Position numbers and translations under genes: made by a program. 64,000 nt of DNA from Octopus vulgaris (lineage: Eukaryota): NCBI GenBank assembly GCA_951406725.2, contig OX597841.1:14508001-14572000 (forward strand), in the 5' to 3' direction. The notes under the pieces were generated by a model, which saw only the letters and a program-made list of their open reading frames with translations, ran no database searches and had not been told where the DNA came from. Of the stretch, positions 37,708 to 50,714 are shown in pieces (position 1 is the first letter of the stretch; the number at the start of each line of letters is the position of its first letter).

Positions 37708-39731
37708 ACTCGCAAGGAATGGGGCTCGGGGCGTAGATGGGAGATGAATAGTGGCAGATGCTGGTAGGGTATTGCCCAGAAGCCGCGAGTAGGGGTCTCG
37801 CAAGGAACGGGGCTCGGGGCATAGATGGGAGATGAATAGTGGCAGGTGCTGGTAGGGTATTGCCAAGAAGCCGCGAGTAGGGGTCTCGCAAGGAACGGGG
37901 CTCGGGGCATAGATGGGAGATGAATAGTGGCAGGTGCTGGTAGGGTATTGCCAAGAAGCCGCGAGTAGGGGTCTCGCAAGGAACGGGGCTCGGGGCATAG
38001 ATGGGAGATGAATAGTGGCAGGTGCTGGTAGGGTATTGCCAAGAAGCCGCGAGTAGGGGTCTCGCAAGGAACGGGGCTCGGGGCATAGATGGGAGATGAA
38101 TAGTGGCAGGTGCTGGTAGGGTATTGCCAAGAAGCCGCGAGTAGGGGTCTCGCAAGGAACGGGGCTCGGGGCATAGATGGGAGATGAATAGTGGCAGGTG
38201 CTGGTAGGGTATTGCCCAGAAGCTGCGAGTAGGGGTCTCGCAAGGAACGGGGCTCGGGGCATAGATGGGAGATGAATAGTGGCAGGTGCTGGTAGGGTAT
38301 TGCCAAGAAGCCGCGAGTAGGGGTCTCGCAAGGAACGGGGCTCGGGGCATAGATGGGAGATGAATAGTGGCAGGTGCTGGTAGGGTATTGCCAAGAAGCC
38401 GCGAGTAGGGGTCTCGCAAGGAACGGGGCTCGGGGCATAGATGGGAGATGAATAGTGGCAGGTGCTGGTAGGGTATTGCCAAGAAGCCGCGAGTAGGGGT
38501 CTCGCAAGGAACGGGGCTCGGGGCATAGATGGGAGATGAATAGTGGCAGGTGCTGGTAGGGTATTGCCAAGAAGCCGCGAGTAGGGGTCTCGCAAGGAAC
38601 GGGGCTCGGGGCGTAGATGGGAGATGAATAGTGGCAGGTGCTGGTAGGGTATTGCCAAGAAGCCGCGAGTAGGGGTCTCGCAAGGAACGGGGCTCGGGGC
38701 ATAGATGGGAGATGAATAGTGGCAGGTGCTGGTAGGGTATTGCCAAGAAGCCGCGAGTAGGGGTCTCGCAAGGAACGGGGCTCGGGGCATAGATGGGAGA
38801 TGAATAGTGGCAGGTGCTGGTAGGGTATTGCCCAGAAGCCGCGAGTAAGGGTCTCGCAAGGAACGGGGCTCGGGGCATAGATGGGAGATGAATAGTGGCA
38901 GGTGCTGGTAGGGTATTGCCCAGAAGCCGCGAGTAGGGGTCTCGCAAGGAACGGGGCTCGGGGCATAGATGGGAGATGAATAGTGGCAGGTGCTGGTAGG
39001 GTATTGCCCAGAAGCCGCGAGTAGGGGTCTCGCAAGGAACGGGGCTCGGGGCATAGATGGGAGATGAATAGTGGCAGGTGCTGGTAGGGTATTGCCAAGA
39101 AGCCGCGAGTAGGGGTCTCGCAAGGAACGGGGCTCGGGGCATAGATGGGAGATGAATAGTGGCAGGTGCTGGTAGGGTATTGCCAAGAAGCCGCGAGTAG
39201 GGGTCTCGCAAGGAACGGGGCTCGGGGCATAGATGGGAGATGAATAGTGGCAGGTGCTGGTAGGGTATTGCCAAGAAGCCGCGAGTAGGGGTCTCGCAAG
39301 GAACGGGGCTCGGGGCATAGATGGGAGATGAATAGTGGCAGGTGCTGGTAGGGTATTGCCAAGAAGCCGCGAGTAGGGGTCTCGCAAGGAACGGGGCTCG
39401 GGGCATAGATGGGAGATGAATAGTGGCAGGTGCTGGTAGGGTATTGCCAAGAAGCCGCGAGTAGGGGTCTCGCAAGGAACGGGGCTCGGGGCATAGATGG
39501 GAGATGAATAGTGGCAGGTGCTGGTAGGGTATTGCCAAGAAGCCGCGAGTAGGGGTCTCGCAAGGAACGGGGCTCGGGGCATAGATGGGAGATGAATAGT
39601 GGCAGGTGCTGGTAGGGTATTGCCAAGAAGCCGCGAGTAGGGGTCTCGCAAGGAACGGGGCTCGGGGCATAGATGGGAGATGAATAGTGGCAGGTGCTGG
39701 TAGGGTATTGCCAAGAAGCCGCGAGTAAGGG
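37708..39731. repeat. 88-bp GC-rich tandem array, ~23 near-identical copies
   Basis: Unit GCCGCGAGTAGGGGTCTCGCAAGGAACGGGGCTCGGGGCATAGATGGGAGATGAATAGTGGCAGGTGCTGGTAGGGTATTGCCAAGAA; lines 37801 and 39121 identical (15x88). Confidence 0.97.
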
Positions 39732-40244
39732 TGTCAATAAGTTTCATGTGATGGTGCTTGGTATATTATCTGGGGTCTTAACGACCATAGCAACAACAGC
39801 AGCAACAGCCCTCCAAGAATTTGGACCTGGAGATCTCCATTTCCAGCGACTTCGAGGGCCACCACCTCCCAGTGGTGCCGGGCGTCAACGAAGAGCCCTC
39901 CACTACAACAAGACGACCAAAGTTCTTTTTTTTCTTCTTTCCAAGGTCTGGGATCTCCCGCTCCTAAGCCCTACACCATCACCTAATCACCCTTACCCCG
40001 TCTTGTTGCTTAACAACAACAACAACAGTAACAATAACAACAACAAACAAAGTATTTACCGTCGTCATATGCTCGTCACATGGACGAATACAATGATGTT
40101 TATTTAGAGTTGTGGAACACACAAAAAGGAATCTAAATTCAATGTTGAAAAGCCATTATGCGTGGAGCTCCCCCTGCCAGAATACAATGGAGATGAAAGG
40201 GTGCTGTGTGGCAAGGTGGTGGGGGTGGGTTTTTATTATCTTCA

Positions 40245-40812
40245 ATAGGTCTATGATCAAAAGCATTCCAGCTGTGACCTTCCTGTCATTTATTCAAATA
40301 TAATTCAAATATAATGTATCTAGGACTATATTATCTAATGTGTCTCTGCCAAGTGTTGTTGTTTAACACTAGGTCAGTCCTGATCCTGTAGACCTATGAT
40401 CAGAGACATTCCAGCTGTGACCATCCTGTCCTTCATTCAAACATTATGTATCTACGACTACATTATTTAACATGTTCTTTGTTATTGTTTAACACTAGGT
40501 CAGTCTCGATCCAGTAGGCCTATGATCAGAGACATTCCAGTTGTGACCACCCCATCTTTTATTCAGACATTATGCATCTAGGACTACATTATCTAATGTG
40601 TCCTTCCTTGTTGTTGTGTGGCCACAGGTCAGTCCTGATCCAGTAGGCCTATGATCAGAGACATTCCAGTTGTGACCACCCCATCTTTTATTCAGACATT
40701 ATGCATCTACGACTACATTATCTAATGTGCCCTTCCTTGTTGTTTAGCCCTAGGTCAGTCCTGATCCAGTAGGCCTATGATCAGAGACATTCCAGCTGTG
40801 ACCACCCCATCT
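40245..40812 (+). repeat. ~124-bp tandem repeat family, ~4.5 copies
   Basis: GGTCAGTCCTGATCCAGTAGGCCTATGATCAGAGACATTCCAG...CTAGGACTACATTATCTAATG recurs. Confidence 0.9.
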
Positions 40813-40934
40813 AATCCCTCTCCCTGCCCACTTACCCAAAATTTTGGGTAGAAAAGTATATTCAGAACAGTTCTGCATTATAACTAGGTGCTTTATCTCT
40901 TGGAGGACAAAGAATTTCTTTGTCTCCAGCTACT

Positions 40935-41490
40935 ACTGGTGGCAGTGGCGGCGGTGGTGGTGGTGGCGGTGGCGGCGGTGGTGGTGGTGGTGGTGGTGGT
41001 GGTGGTGGTGGTGGTGGTGGTGGTGGCGGTGGTGGTGGCAGTGGTGGTGGTGGCAGTGGTGGTGGTGACGGTGGCGGCGGTGGTGGCGGTGGTGGTGGTG
41101 GTGGTGGCGGTGGTGGTGGTGGCGGTGGTAGTGGTGGTGGCGGTGGTGGTGGCAGTAGCGGTGGTAGTGGTGGTGGTGGCGGTGGTGGTGGTGGTGGTGG
41201 TGGCGGCGGTGGTGGTGGTGGCGGTGGTAGTGGTGGTGGCGGTGGTTGTGGCAGTGGTGGTGGTGGCAGTGGTGGTGGTATTGGTGGTGGTGGTGGTGGT
41301 GGTGGTGGCGGTGGTGGTGGTAGTGGTGGTGGTGGTGGTGGCAGTGGTGGTGGTGGCAGTGGTGGTGGTAGTGGTGGTGGTGGTGGTGGTGGTGGTGGTG
41401 GCGGCGGTGGTGGTGGTGGCGGTGGTTGTGGTGGTGGTGGTGGTGGGTGGTGGTGGTGGTGGTGGCGGTGGTGGTGGTGGTGGCAGTGTT
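40935..41490. repeat. (GGT/GGC)n block; similar block at 44815-45275
   Basis: Direct reading. Confidence 0.95.
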
Positions 41491-41789
41491 GGTGGCTTCT
41501 ACTGCAAAGTGAATCTGACCATTACATCAAGGCAGGTCATGTGACTACATAAAAGCCTCCACCACCACCTTTCTTCACTTTGTCATTCCATTGCAATGAC
41601 CTTTAAGCAACAATCTTTTTCCCTCTCTCTCCCCAGGGGTGGCCATATTTTCTTTAGTATGGCCTCCAGGACAAAAACTCACTCCAAACACTCAAATTTA
41701 CATAAACACATACATACATACATACATACACACATGTATATGTACATACATGTATGTATATACTCATATGTATATGTGTGTGTATATAT

Positions 41790-42416
41790 ATCGTGAAGTA
41801 TATTTGCCACCCAAATGTGGCAGATCCATAGGGGACGGTGCTATTGTTGTTTATAGCCCCAGGAAGACATCTCCTCCGGCTGGTTAATGACACACTGTCT
41901 GTGTCCGATTAGTATTTGCGAAGAGAAATCATCATTCCCTTCTCTAGCCTTACATGATACACACAGACCCGGGTTTCTGGGTGGTAACCCGTCACCAGTG
42001 TGTGATAAATCACCAGCAACCAATGAGAATTCATTCCAAACGCAAAATGATGAATGCTTTTTTTCCCGTGACAAACTGTCTCTGATCTCAAAAAAGAGTA
42101 AAGAGTAATCAATAATAAATCTCTGAGCGAGGAATAAACAGTAGCTGCAACACATCGTGAAGTATATTTGCCACTTAAATGTGGCAGACCTATAGGGGAC
42201 GATGCTACTGTTGTTCATAGCCCCAGGAAGACACGCTGATCACGGGTTACTATTCAGAAACCTGGGTCTGTGTGTATCATGTAAGGCTAGAGGTGAGAAT
42301 GATGATTTCTCTTTGCAAATACTCAACGGACACAGACAGGGTATCATTAGCCAGCTGGAGATGTCTTCCTGGGGCTATAAACAACAGTCGCATCGTTCCC
42401 TATGGGTCTGACACAC
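41790..42416. mobile_element. Foldback-type element with ~180-bp inverted arms and an internal direct duplicate of the terminus
   Basis: 41817-41997 is the reverse complement of ~42236-42415; ATCGTGAAGTATATTTGCCAC.. occurs at 41790 and 42155. Confidence 0.7.
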
Positions 42417-42431
42417 ACAGCCACGCCTGTG

Positions 42432-42481
<50 letters not shown>

Positions 42482-42547
42482 GGTCCCGGGTTGATTCGGG
42501 GTTAACCACAGTAAGTAAGGTACTCAATACATAGCAGAGTAAAATTA

Positions 42548-42677
42548 ATTTATTATATAGAAGGAGCTTCTACAGGACTAGAACTGTTTCATTCAAGAGA
42601 AATCTTCAGGAAGCTTCCTGAAGATTTCTCTTGAATGAAACAGTACTAGTCCTGTAGAAGCTCCTTCTATATAATAA

Positions 42678-42679
<2 letters not shown>
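42548..42679. repeat. 132-bp loopless palindrome (one mismatch) containing a hammerhead-like core on each strand
   Basis: Centre GGAAG|CTTCC at 42613/14; CTGAAGA..GAAAC..GTC in each arm. Confidence 0.9.
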
Positions 42680-42709
<30 letters not shown>

Positions 42710-43034
42710 ATATATATATGTATATATATATCATCATCATCATTTAACCTCCGTTCTCCATGCTAGCATGGGTTGGACGGTTCGACTGGGGATCTGGGAA
42801 GCCAGAAGGCTGCACCAGGCTCCAGTCTTATCTGGCAATGTTTCAACAGCTGGATGCCATTCCTAACGCCAACTACTCCGTGAGTGTAGTGGGTGCTTTT
42901 TACGTGCCACCTGCACAGGTGCCAGGCGAGGCTGGCAACGGCCATGGTGGGATTGGTGTATTTTACGTGCCACCGGCACGGAAGCCAGTCAGGCGGCGCT
43001 GGCATCGGCCACGAGTCGGATTTATATACATATA

Positions 43035-43097
<63 letters not shown>

Positions 43098-43653
43098 TTT
43101 ATCAAAGCCACAGAAAATTTTTGCAAGCTGTTACTCAGAGTTTCACATAACCATTTATCAGACAGTTACGATAATGCCAGTATGATCACAACTGACTGAT
43201 AAACAGTCTTCTTTCAGTTTCCATCTATCAAATCCTCTCACAAGGCTTTGGTTGGCCCGAGGCCATAGCAGAAGCCACTTTCTCAAGGTGTCACACAGCG
43301 GCACTGAACCCAGAACCTTGTGGCTGTGAAGCATTCTTCTTACAATTGCGTTTGTTGTTTTGGTTCTTATCTTTCTAGAATTATTTGTCAAAACCGTCAA
43401 ATGTTGTTCAAAGAATTTTTTCCTCTTCACTTCACTGACCATATTTGAATATCAAGATTATAAAAACAAGGCTGCTTTTTTTTGTTTGTTTTAGGGTCTG
43501 TTTGTCTTGTGCCCTAATTTTTTCTCCCTTTGTAAGGGGTTTTGTTGTCGCCTTTTGTTTTAGGCTTAGTCTGTTCCAACTCATTGATCATACACACCAC
43601 TTTTCTTTCAACAGCCTTAACCCTAACCCATTACAGATAAGATTTTTGCTATT

Positions 43654-43692
<39 letters not shown>

Positions 43693-43695
<3 letters not shown>

Positions 43696-44102
43696 TCTTT
43701 TACTCTTTTTACTTGTTTCAGTCATTTGACTGTGGCCATGCTGGAGCACCACCTTTAGTCGAGCAAATCGACCCCAGGACTTATTCTTTGTAAGCCCAGT
43801 ACTTATTCTATCGGTATCTTTTGCCGAACCGCTAAGTGACAGGGACATAAACACACCAGCATCGGTTGTCAAGCAATGCTAGGGGGACAAACACAGACAC
43901 ACAAACATACACACACATATATATATATATACATATATACGATGGGCTTCTTTCAGTTTCCGTCTACCAAATCCACTCACAAGGCTTTGGTCGGCCTGAG
44001 GCTATAGTAGAAGACGCTTGCCCAAGATGCCACGCAGTGGGACTGAACCCGGGACCATGTGGTTGGCTAGCAAGCTACTTACCACACAGCCACTCCTGCG
44101 CC
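43693..44102 (-). mobile_element. SINE family A
   Basis: Direct homology. Confidence 0.9.
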
Positions 44103-44181
<79 letters not shown>

Positions 44182-44685
44182 ATGGCAACCCCAGCACTTG
44201 AGCTGGTAGAGGAGCGAATGTAAGGAGAAGCAAGTTGATATACAAAAAATATTAAATATACTTATAGAAAGGTCCTGACTTACACAGAATAGAAATGATA
44301 TCAGGAATGAAAGGGGTTGAATAAGAGTTTAACGAGTCCGACAGTTGTTTCTGTTGACTTGGTGGTCCAAAGTAATGATTGTAAATTGATTTCCTCATTG
44401 GATACTACCAGCTTCCGTCTTCAGGAAAGAATTTTATATGAAACAAACGCAATGGATTTTAGCAGAAATATGGTAACAAAAGGGTTAAAGTGATCTAAAT
44501 TTAAACCTTCTATCAAAATTTCATATTAATTCATGTTCCAACACCAGATTAATAATTGACAAAATTTTTCATTATTTTCATAATTAACCGAAACAAAGAA
44601 TATGATAATGATTGGATTAAATGACAGGTTTATCTTTATCAGGATTAACTTGGGGGTTAATGTATTTTTTTTGTTTGTTTTTCAG

Positions 44686-44754
44686 GATTTGCTCATTGGA
44701 TGCACTCTGGCTATTGTTGGTAACCTCCTCATCAGCGTATCGCTAAACTTACAG
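44686..44754 (+). CDS. NIPAL2: NIPA-like exon 2 (DLLIGCTLAIVGNLLISVSLNLQ, TM1)
   Basis: TTTCAG acceptor, CAG|GTAACG donor, phase 0/0; matches the NIPAL2/3 TM1 pattern LAIxGxLxxSxxLNxQK. Confidence 0.92.
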
Positions 44755-45582
44755 GTAACGTTGTGATGTTCATGCTGTTCCTTTTAATGTATTTTACTAG
44801 CGCATGCTATGATGACAAGTGGTAGTGGTGTTGGTGGTGGTTGCGGTGGTAGTAGTTGTGGTAGAGGTGGTGGTGGTGGTGTGTGGTGGTAGTGGTGGTA
44901 GTGGTAGTGGTGGTGGTGGTAGTATTAGTGGTTGTAGTGGTGTTCGTGATGGAGGTGGTGTTGGTAGTGGTGGTGATAGTAGTAGTGGTGGCGGTGGTAG
45001 TGGTGGCGGTGGTAGTGGTATTGGTGGTGTTGGTAGTGGTAGTGGTGGTGGTGATGGAGGTAGTGGCAGTAGTGGTGGTGGTAGTAGTAGTGATAGTGGT
45101 GGTGGTGGTAGTGGTGGTGGTGATGGAGGTAGTGCTGGTAGTGGTGGTGGTAGTGGTGGTGGTAGTAGTAGTGATAGTGGTAGAGGTAGTGGTGGTATTG
45201 GTGGTGTTGTTAGTGGTAGTGGTGGTGGTGGTGGTGATAGAGGTAGTGGCAGTAGTGGTGGTGTTGGTAGTAGTAACATCACAACTCCTTTCTACAGCTG
45301 AGTGAAGTGGAGCAACGTGAAGTAAAGTGTCTTGCTCAAGAACACAACACAGCCTGGTCCGGGAATTGAACTCACTACCTCATGGTTGAGAGCCCGATGC
45401 TCTAAGCACTGAGCCATGCACCTTCGCAATATGCGTCCCTACATACATTCATACATACACATACACTACACAAACACACACGCATATACACATACAACCA
45501 CAAACATACACACGCATATGCATACACATATATATACTTTAACACCCCCCTCTCTCTCTCTCTCTTTCTGCCTCTCTCTCTT

Positions 45583-45617
<35 letters not shown>

Positions 45618-45777
45618 TTCCTTCTCTCTCTCTCACTTTCTTTTCTCTCTCTCTCTTTCTCTCCCTCTTTCTTTCTGTTTCTCTCTCTCTCTGTTTCTCT
45701 CTCTTTCTCTCTCTCCCTCTCTCTCTTTCTCTCTCTCCCTCTCTTTACCTCACTCTTTCTCTCTCTCTCCCTCTCTT

Positions 45778-45817
<40 letters not shown>

Positions 45818-45982
45818 TCCCTCTCTTTCTCTCTCTCTTTCTCTCTCTCCCCTCTCTCTTTCTCTTTCTCTTTCTCTCTCTCTCTATTTCTCTCTCTCCC
45901 CCTCTCTCTCTTTCTCCCTCCCCCCTCTCTTCTCCCCCCCTCTCTGTTTCTCAAGACTTATCCATATTTTTCTACTCCACAG

Positions 45983-46154
45983 AAATACACTCATATGAGG
46001 AACTCTCGGCGGGAGGTCTCCAAGCACTACTTATCCGATCCCTTGTGGTGGTTCGGTCTCCTCTTAATGGGTTTTGGAGAGCTGGGAAACTTCTCAGCGT
46101 ATGGCTATGCTCCTGCATCACTGGTGGCGCCCCTGGGCACTACAACAGTCGTCG
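45983..46154 (+). CDS. NIPAL2: NIPA-like exon 3 (KYTH...WWFGLLLMGFGELGNFSAYGYAPASLVAPLGTTTVV)
   Basis: NIPA family signature WWxG..MxxGExxNFxAYxxAPxxLVxPLG; AG/GT, phase 0/1. Confidence 0.97.
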
Positions 46155-46398
46155 GTAGGTGGCGCTTCTCTACTCTGCTCTATTCACAAATGACATCGTT
46201 TAACTTTAATCTTGTAATTATTTCGCTCGTTAGACTGTGGCCATGCTGGGGCACTGCCTTGAAGGGCTTTCAGTAGTTTTTTTTTTTTTAAGCCTGTTAT
46301 TTATTCTATCGATCTCTTTTGCCGAACTGCTAAGTTACAGGGATGTAAACACACCAACACCGGTTGTCAAACCGTAGCGGGAAGACAATCACAGACAT

Positions 46399-46431
<33 letters not shown>

Positions 46432-46906
46432 ATATATATATATGAAGGACATTTAAGATAATGTAATCCAAGATACACTACGTCTGAATAAAATGTGAGA
46501 CAGGATGGTCATGGCTGGAACATCTTTGATCATAGATCTACCAGGTTAGGCTGGCCATGGGTTACATAACTAAATATATATTCAGCTCTGAGAACTCTTC
46601 ACTTTAGGTGCAGGAGTGGTCGGGTGGTAAGAAGCTTGCTTCCCAACCACATGGTTCCGGGTTCAGTCCCATTGTGTGGCATCTTGGGCATGTGTCTTCT
46701 ACTACAACCTCAGGCTGACCAAAGTGTTCTGAGTGGATTTGGTTGATGGAAACTGAAAGAAGCCCGTGAAACCGTGGTCATGGCTGATGTTGGTGTTACA
46801 TAACTGGTACCCATGCTGGTGGTATGTAAAGAGCACCATTGAAGCGTTGGGTCCCATGGAGGCAAAGTGGCTGAGTTCCTTTTGAGTGTTGGGCCTCACG
46901 GGAACA

Positions 46907-47290
46907 CACTCTTTTCTCTTTTACTTGTTTCAGTCATTTGACTGCGGCCATGCTGGAGCACCGCCTTTAGTTGAGCAACTCGACCCCGGGACTTATTCTT
47001 TTGTAAGCCCAGTACTTATTCTATTGGTCTCTTTTGCCGAACCGCTAAGTAATGGGGACGTAAACACACCAGCATCGGTTGTCAAGCAATGCTAGGGGGA
47101 CAAACACAGACACACAAACATACACACATGCACATATATATATATATACATATAACCGACGGGCTTCTTTCAGTTTCCGTCTACCAAATCCACTCACAAG
47201 GCATTAATCGGCCTGGGGCTATAGCAGTGGGACTGAACCCGGAACCATGTGGTTGGTTAGGAAGCTACTTACCACACAGCCACTCCTGCA
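46907..47290 (-). mobile_element. SINE family A nested in a longer family A-head/family D-tail element (46606-47610)
   Basis: TTGGGCCTCAC on both sides of the insert. Confidence 0.8.
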
Positions 47291-48063
47291 CCTAGTTCTT
47301 TTCAAGCATTGGGCCTCACAGAGGCAATGGCCTTTGGCATTATGTCATGCTTGAGAAGATCCATCAAGCCAAGCAAAATTGCGGTCGTGGCAGATATCGG
47401 TGTCACACAAATGGCACCCGTGCCGGTGGCAATTAAAAGCACATATTATGCTGTCAGAGTGGTTGGCATTAGGAAGGGCATCCAGTCGTAGAAAACCATG
47501 CCAAATCCGACTGGAGTCTGGTGCAGCCTTCCAGCTCACCAGCCCTGGTCAAACCATCCAACCCATGCCAGCATGGACCACAGACATTAAGTGATGATGA
47601 TGATGATGATATATAGGTGTCGCTGTGTGGTAAGTAGCTTGCCTACCAACCACATGGTTCCGGGTTCAGTCCCACTGCGTGGCACCTTGGGCAAGTGTCT
47701 TCTATTATAGACTCAGGCTGACCATGGATTTGATAGACGGAAACTGAAAGAAGCCCATTGTACATATATGTGGATGTGTGTGTCTTTAAGTCTCTTTTTG
47801 TCCCCTCCCCCCACTTGAGAATTGATGTTAGTCATGTTCATGTTTCTGTAACTTAACGGTTCAGTAAAAGAGACCGATAGAATAAATCCCAGGCTTTAAA
47901 AAAAACAAGTACTCGTTATTGATTTGTTTGCCCCAGCTTGGTCGCAGCCTAACGACTGAAACAAGTGCAAGATATAAAGATATATAAAGATATGAAATGT
48001 GTGAAGTCAAGGAAGTTTGACTGCTATTTCTAGCTGACAGACAAACTAAAGACGCCCTGCATG

Positions 48064-48099
<36 letters not shown>

Positions 48100-48137
48100 G
48101 ATGTAATTTTTTTGTTTTTTGTTTTATTCTTCCGTAG

Positions 48138-48197
48138 CGAACCTCTTTGTGGCAGCCTTGTTCCTTCGGGAGAAGATAAAACCAGAGAATATATTTG
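48138..48197 (+). CDS. NIPAL2: NIPA-like exon 4 (ANLFVAALFLREKIKPENIF)
   Basis: TAG acceptor, G|GTAAGT donor, phase 1/1; FLxEK motif. Confidence 0.92.
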
Positions 48198-48839
48198 GTA
48201 AGTACAAGGGGGTGGGGGTGTATATGGGGCTCAGTGTGGGTGACTATGTGTGGGTAGGTTTGTTTGCCTGTGTGTGTGGGTGTGAGTGGGCATCAGTGTG
48301 GTGTGTGTTGTGTGTGTGGGAGTGTGTATATGACTGGGTGTGTGTATGTGTGTGCCTGTGTGTGCCTGTGTGTAAGTACTAAAATATGCAAGGAATGTCG
48401 TCCCTTATCTTGTAACTGTGATCCAGCAGACCTCTGATCAAAAATGTTCCAGCCATGACCATCCCATCTCATATTGAGGTCTGTTTTGGGATGGTTCTGA
48501 CAGCTGGAGACCCTTCCTAACACCAACCAATCTACAGAGGGGACTGGGTGCTTTCTACATGGCAGCAGCACCAGTGAGGTCTGTTTTGGCATGGTTCTTA
48601 TAGCTAGATGCCCTTCCTAATGCCAACCAATTTACAGGGTGTACTGGGTGTCTTTTACTTAACCCCAGCTTGAGTGAGATTACCAGGTAACATGCATGGG
48701 AAAGATCCCTTGAGCGGTGGGGCGGTGTTGGAGGAGGTGGATTTGTGCCAGGTGATGAGAGGTTGGAGTATGAACAGGGGGACAGAAACAGGCGTCTTGC
48801 AGTAGAGGAGACACATGGTTACCTGAATCAGAGGGGGGA

Positions 48840-48878
<39 letters not shown>

Positions 48879-48946
48879 ACGGGAGTGAATTTTTCTTCTC
48901 AAACAGTCGACAGTCTTAACAATTCTATCAACCTCTGTATTTGTAG

Positions 48947-48999
48947 GTTCAGCTTTAGCCATTGTTGGGGCCTGTCTGCTGGTCACCTTTTCCCAGAAG
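48947..48999 (+). CDS. NIPAL2: NIPA-like exon 5 (GSALAIVGACLLVTFSQK)
   Basis: TAG acceptor, AAG|GTAAGT, phase 1/0. Confidence 0.92.
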
Positions 49000-49033
49000 G
49001 TAAGTGACAAGACCCTAATTTTAATAACCTGCC

Positions 49034-49732
49034 ACTAATCTAAAGTATTGTCCTCAAAGACATTTTCTAATCGTCGGTGAATCTTCACAGGGGTTTCCCC
49101 CCTCAGCAACAAGAAATACAATCACTGCTCTTTGTTTTTGGCGTAACTCTAAGGGGACAGCCATTTTGAATTTTCCATACCATAGGCGCAGGAGTGGCTG
49201 TGTGGTAAGTAGCTTGCTAACCAACCACATGGTTCCGGGTTCAGTCCCACTGCGTGGCACCTTGGGCAAGTGTCTTCTGCTATAGCCCCTGGCCGACCAA
49301 AGCCTTGTGAGTGGATTTGGTAGACGGAAACTGAAAGAAGCCCGTCGTATATATGTATATATATATATATATGCATGTGTGTGTTTGTGTGTCTGTGTTT
49401 GTCCCCCTAGCATTGCTTGACAACCGATGCTGGTGTGTTTACGTCCCCGTTACTTAGCGGTTCGGCAGAAGAGACCGATAGAATAAGTACTGGGCTTACA
49501 AAAGAATAAGTCCCAGGGTCAATTTGCTCGGCTAAAGGCTGTGCTCCAGCATGGCCGCAGTCAAATGACTGAAACAAGTAGTACAAGAGTAAAAGAGTCT
49601 AAAAACCTGAAAAGTAAGAAACACAATATTTCAGAACATAAATGATAGAACCATTTATAACTGGGAATCACTTGGCTTTTCAAAAACTTCACATGAAATA
49701 AAGAAAATGGCCCTCCTTTTTGACTCCCCCTT
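49034..49732 (-). mobile_element. Mariner 5' fragment interrupted by a SINE
   Basis: MAVPLELRQKQRAVIVFLVAEG N-terminus; TA|CAAGGGGGAGTCAAAAAG-like TIR near 49732. Confidence 0.6.
49184..49578 (+). mobile_element. SINE family A, full length
   Basis: GGCGCAGGAGTGGCTGTGTGGTAAG head through tail. Confidence 0.9.
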
Positions 49733-50280
49733 GTAATTACTTAGATGCATAAACCAGAAGCAAATTTGCAGTACAATCGACCAGGCCAGACTCATTCACA
49801 AGGACAGTTAATCTCTTATGTGTAGGAGTGTATTAAATATCTTTTGTATTAAAATCTTTAGAAGCTTTTTGTAAATTCCCACCAAAACAATAACATTTTT
49901 CACTACATTCCTGATAAGGAATCATACAAAGACTGCTAAATTGGGACTGTGAAAGGCTGGTGGTTCCTGTGAAAGAATTCAATGGTTACAAAGACAGGGA
50001 TTTATTGGGATTGAGTGAAATAATGAAAAATCATGATTCATTAACACAATTATTAATTAACTCAATTATTGTGGTAATTGTGTCAGTGGGGGAACTGCTG
50101 GAATGTTGTGGCTTTCATCACACACACACACACAAGTTAGTTTAATTAAAATTGGAATTGGAATTACAGTGTGTATATACTTATATTAGTGTACACCTAC
50201 ACACGTGTATATGTATATTGTACATTCATACATATATGTGTTTGTATATATATATATTTCTTTTTTTTTCTGTTTTTTTT

Positions 50281-50669
50281 CTTTTACTTGCTTCAGTCAT
50301 TTGACTGCAGCCATGCTGGAGCACCGCCTTTAGTCGTGCAAATCGACCCTGGGACTTATTCTTTGTAAGCCCAGTACTTATTCTATCGGTCTCTTTTTGC
50401 CAAACCGCTAAGTGACGGGGACGTAAACACACCAGCATTGGTTGTCAAGCAATGCTAGGGGACAAACACAGACACACAAACACATACATACATATATATA
50501 TACATATACGACAGGCTTCTTTCAGTTTCCGCCTACCAAATCCATTCACAAGGCATTGGTCGGCCCGGGGCTATAGCAGAAGACACTTGCCCAAGGTACC
50601 ACGCAGTGGGACTGAACCTGGAACCATGTGGCTGGTTAGCAAGCTACTTACCACACAGCCACTCCTGCG

Positions 50670-50672
<3 letters not shown>
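50281..50672 (-). mobile_element. SINE family A, inverted relative to the 49184 copy
   Basis: Direct homology. Confidence 0.9.

Positions 50673-50714
<42 letters not shown>

Noticed and set aside
37543-39747. Three ~700-aa ORFs as real CDS; array as CRISPR or hammerhead satellite
   Set aside because: The ORFs arise from a stop-free repeat unit; there are no unique spacers or cas genes; no CUGANGA on either strand
39810-40135. Peptides SSDFEGHHLPV and YARHMDE resembling endonuclease and RT motifs
   Set aside because: Too short and unsupported by neighbouring motifs
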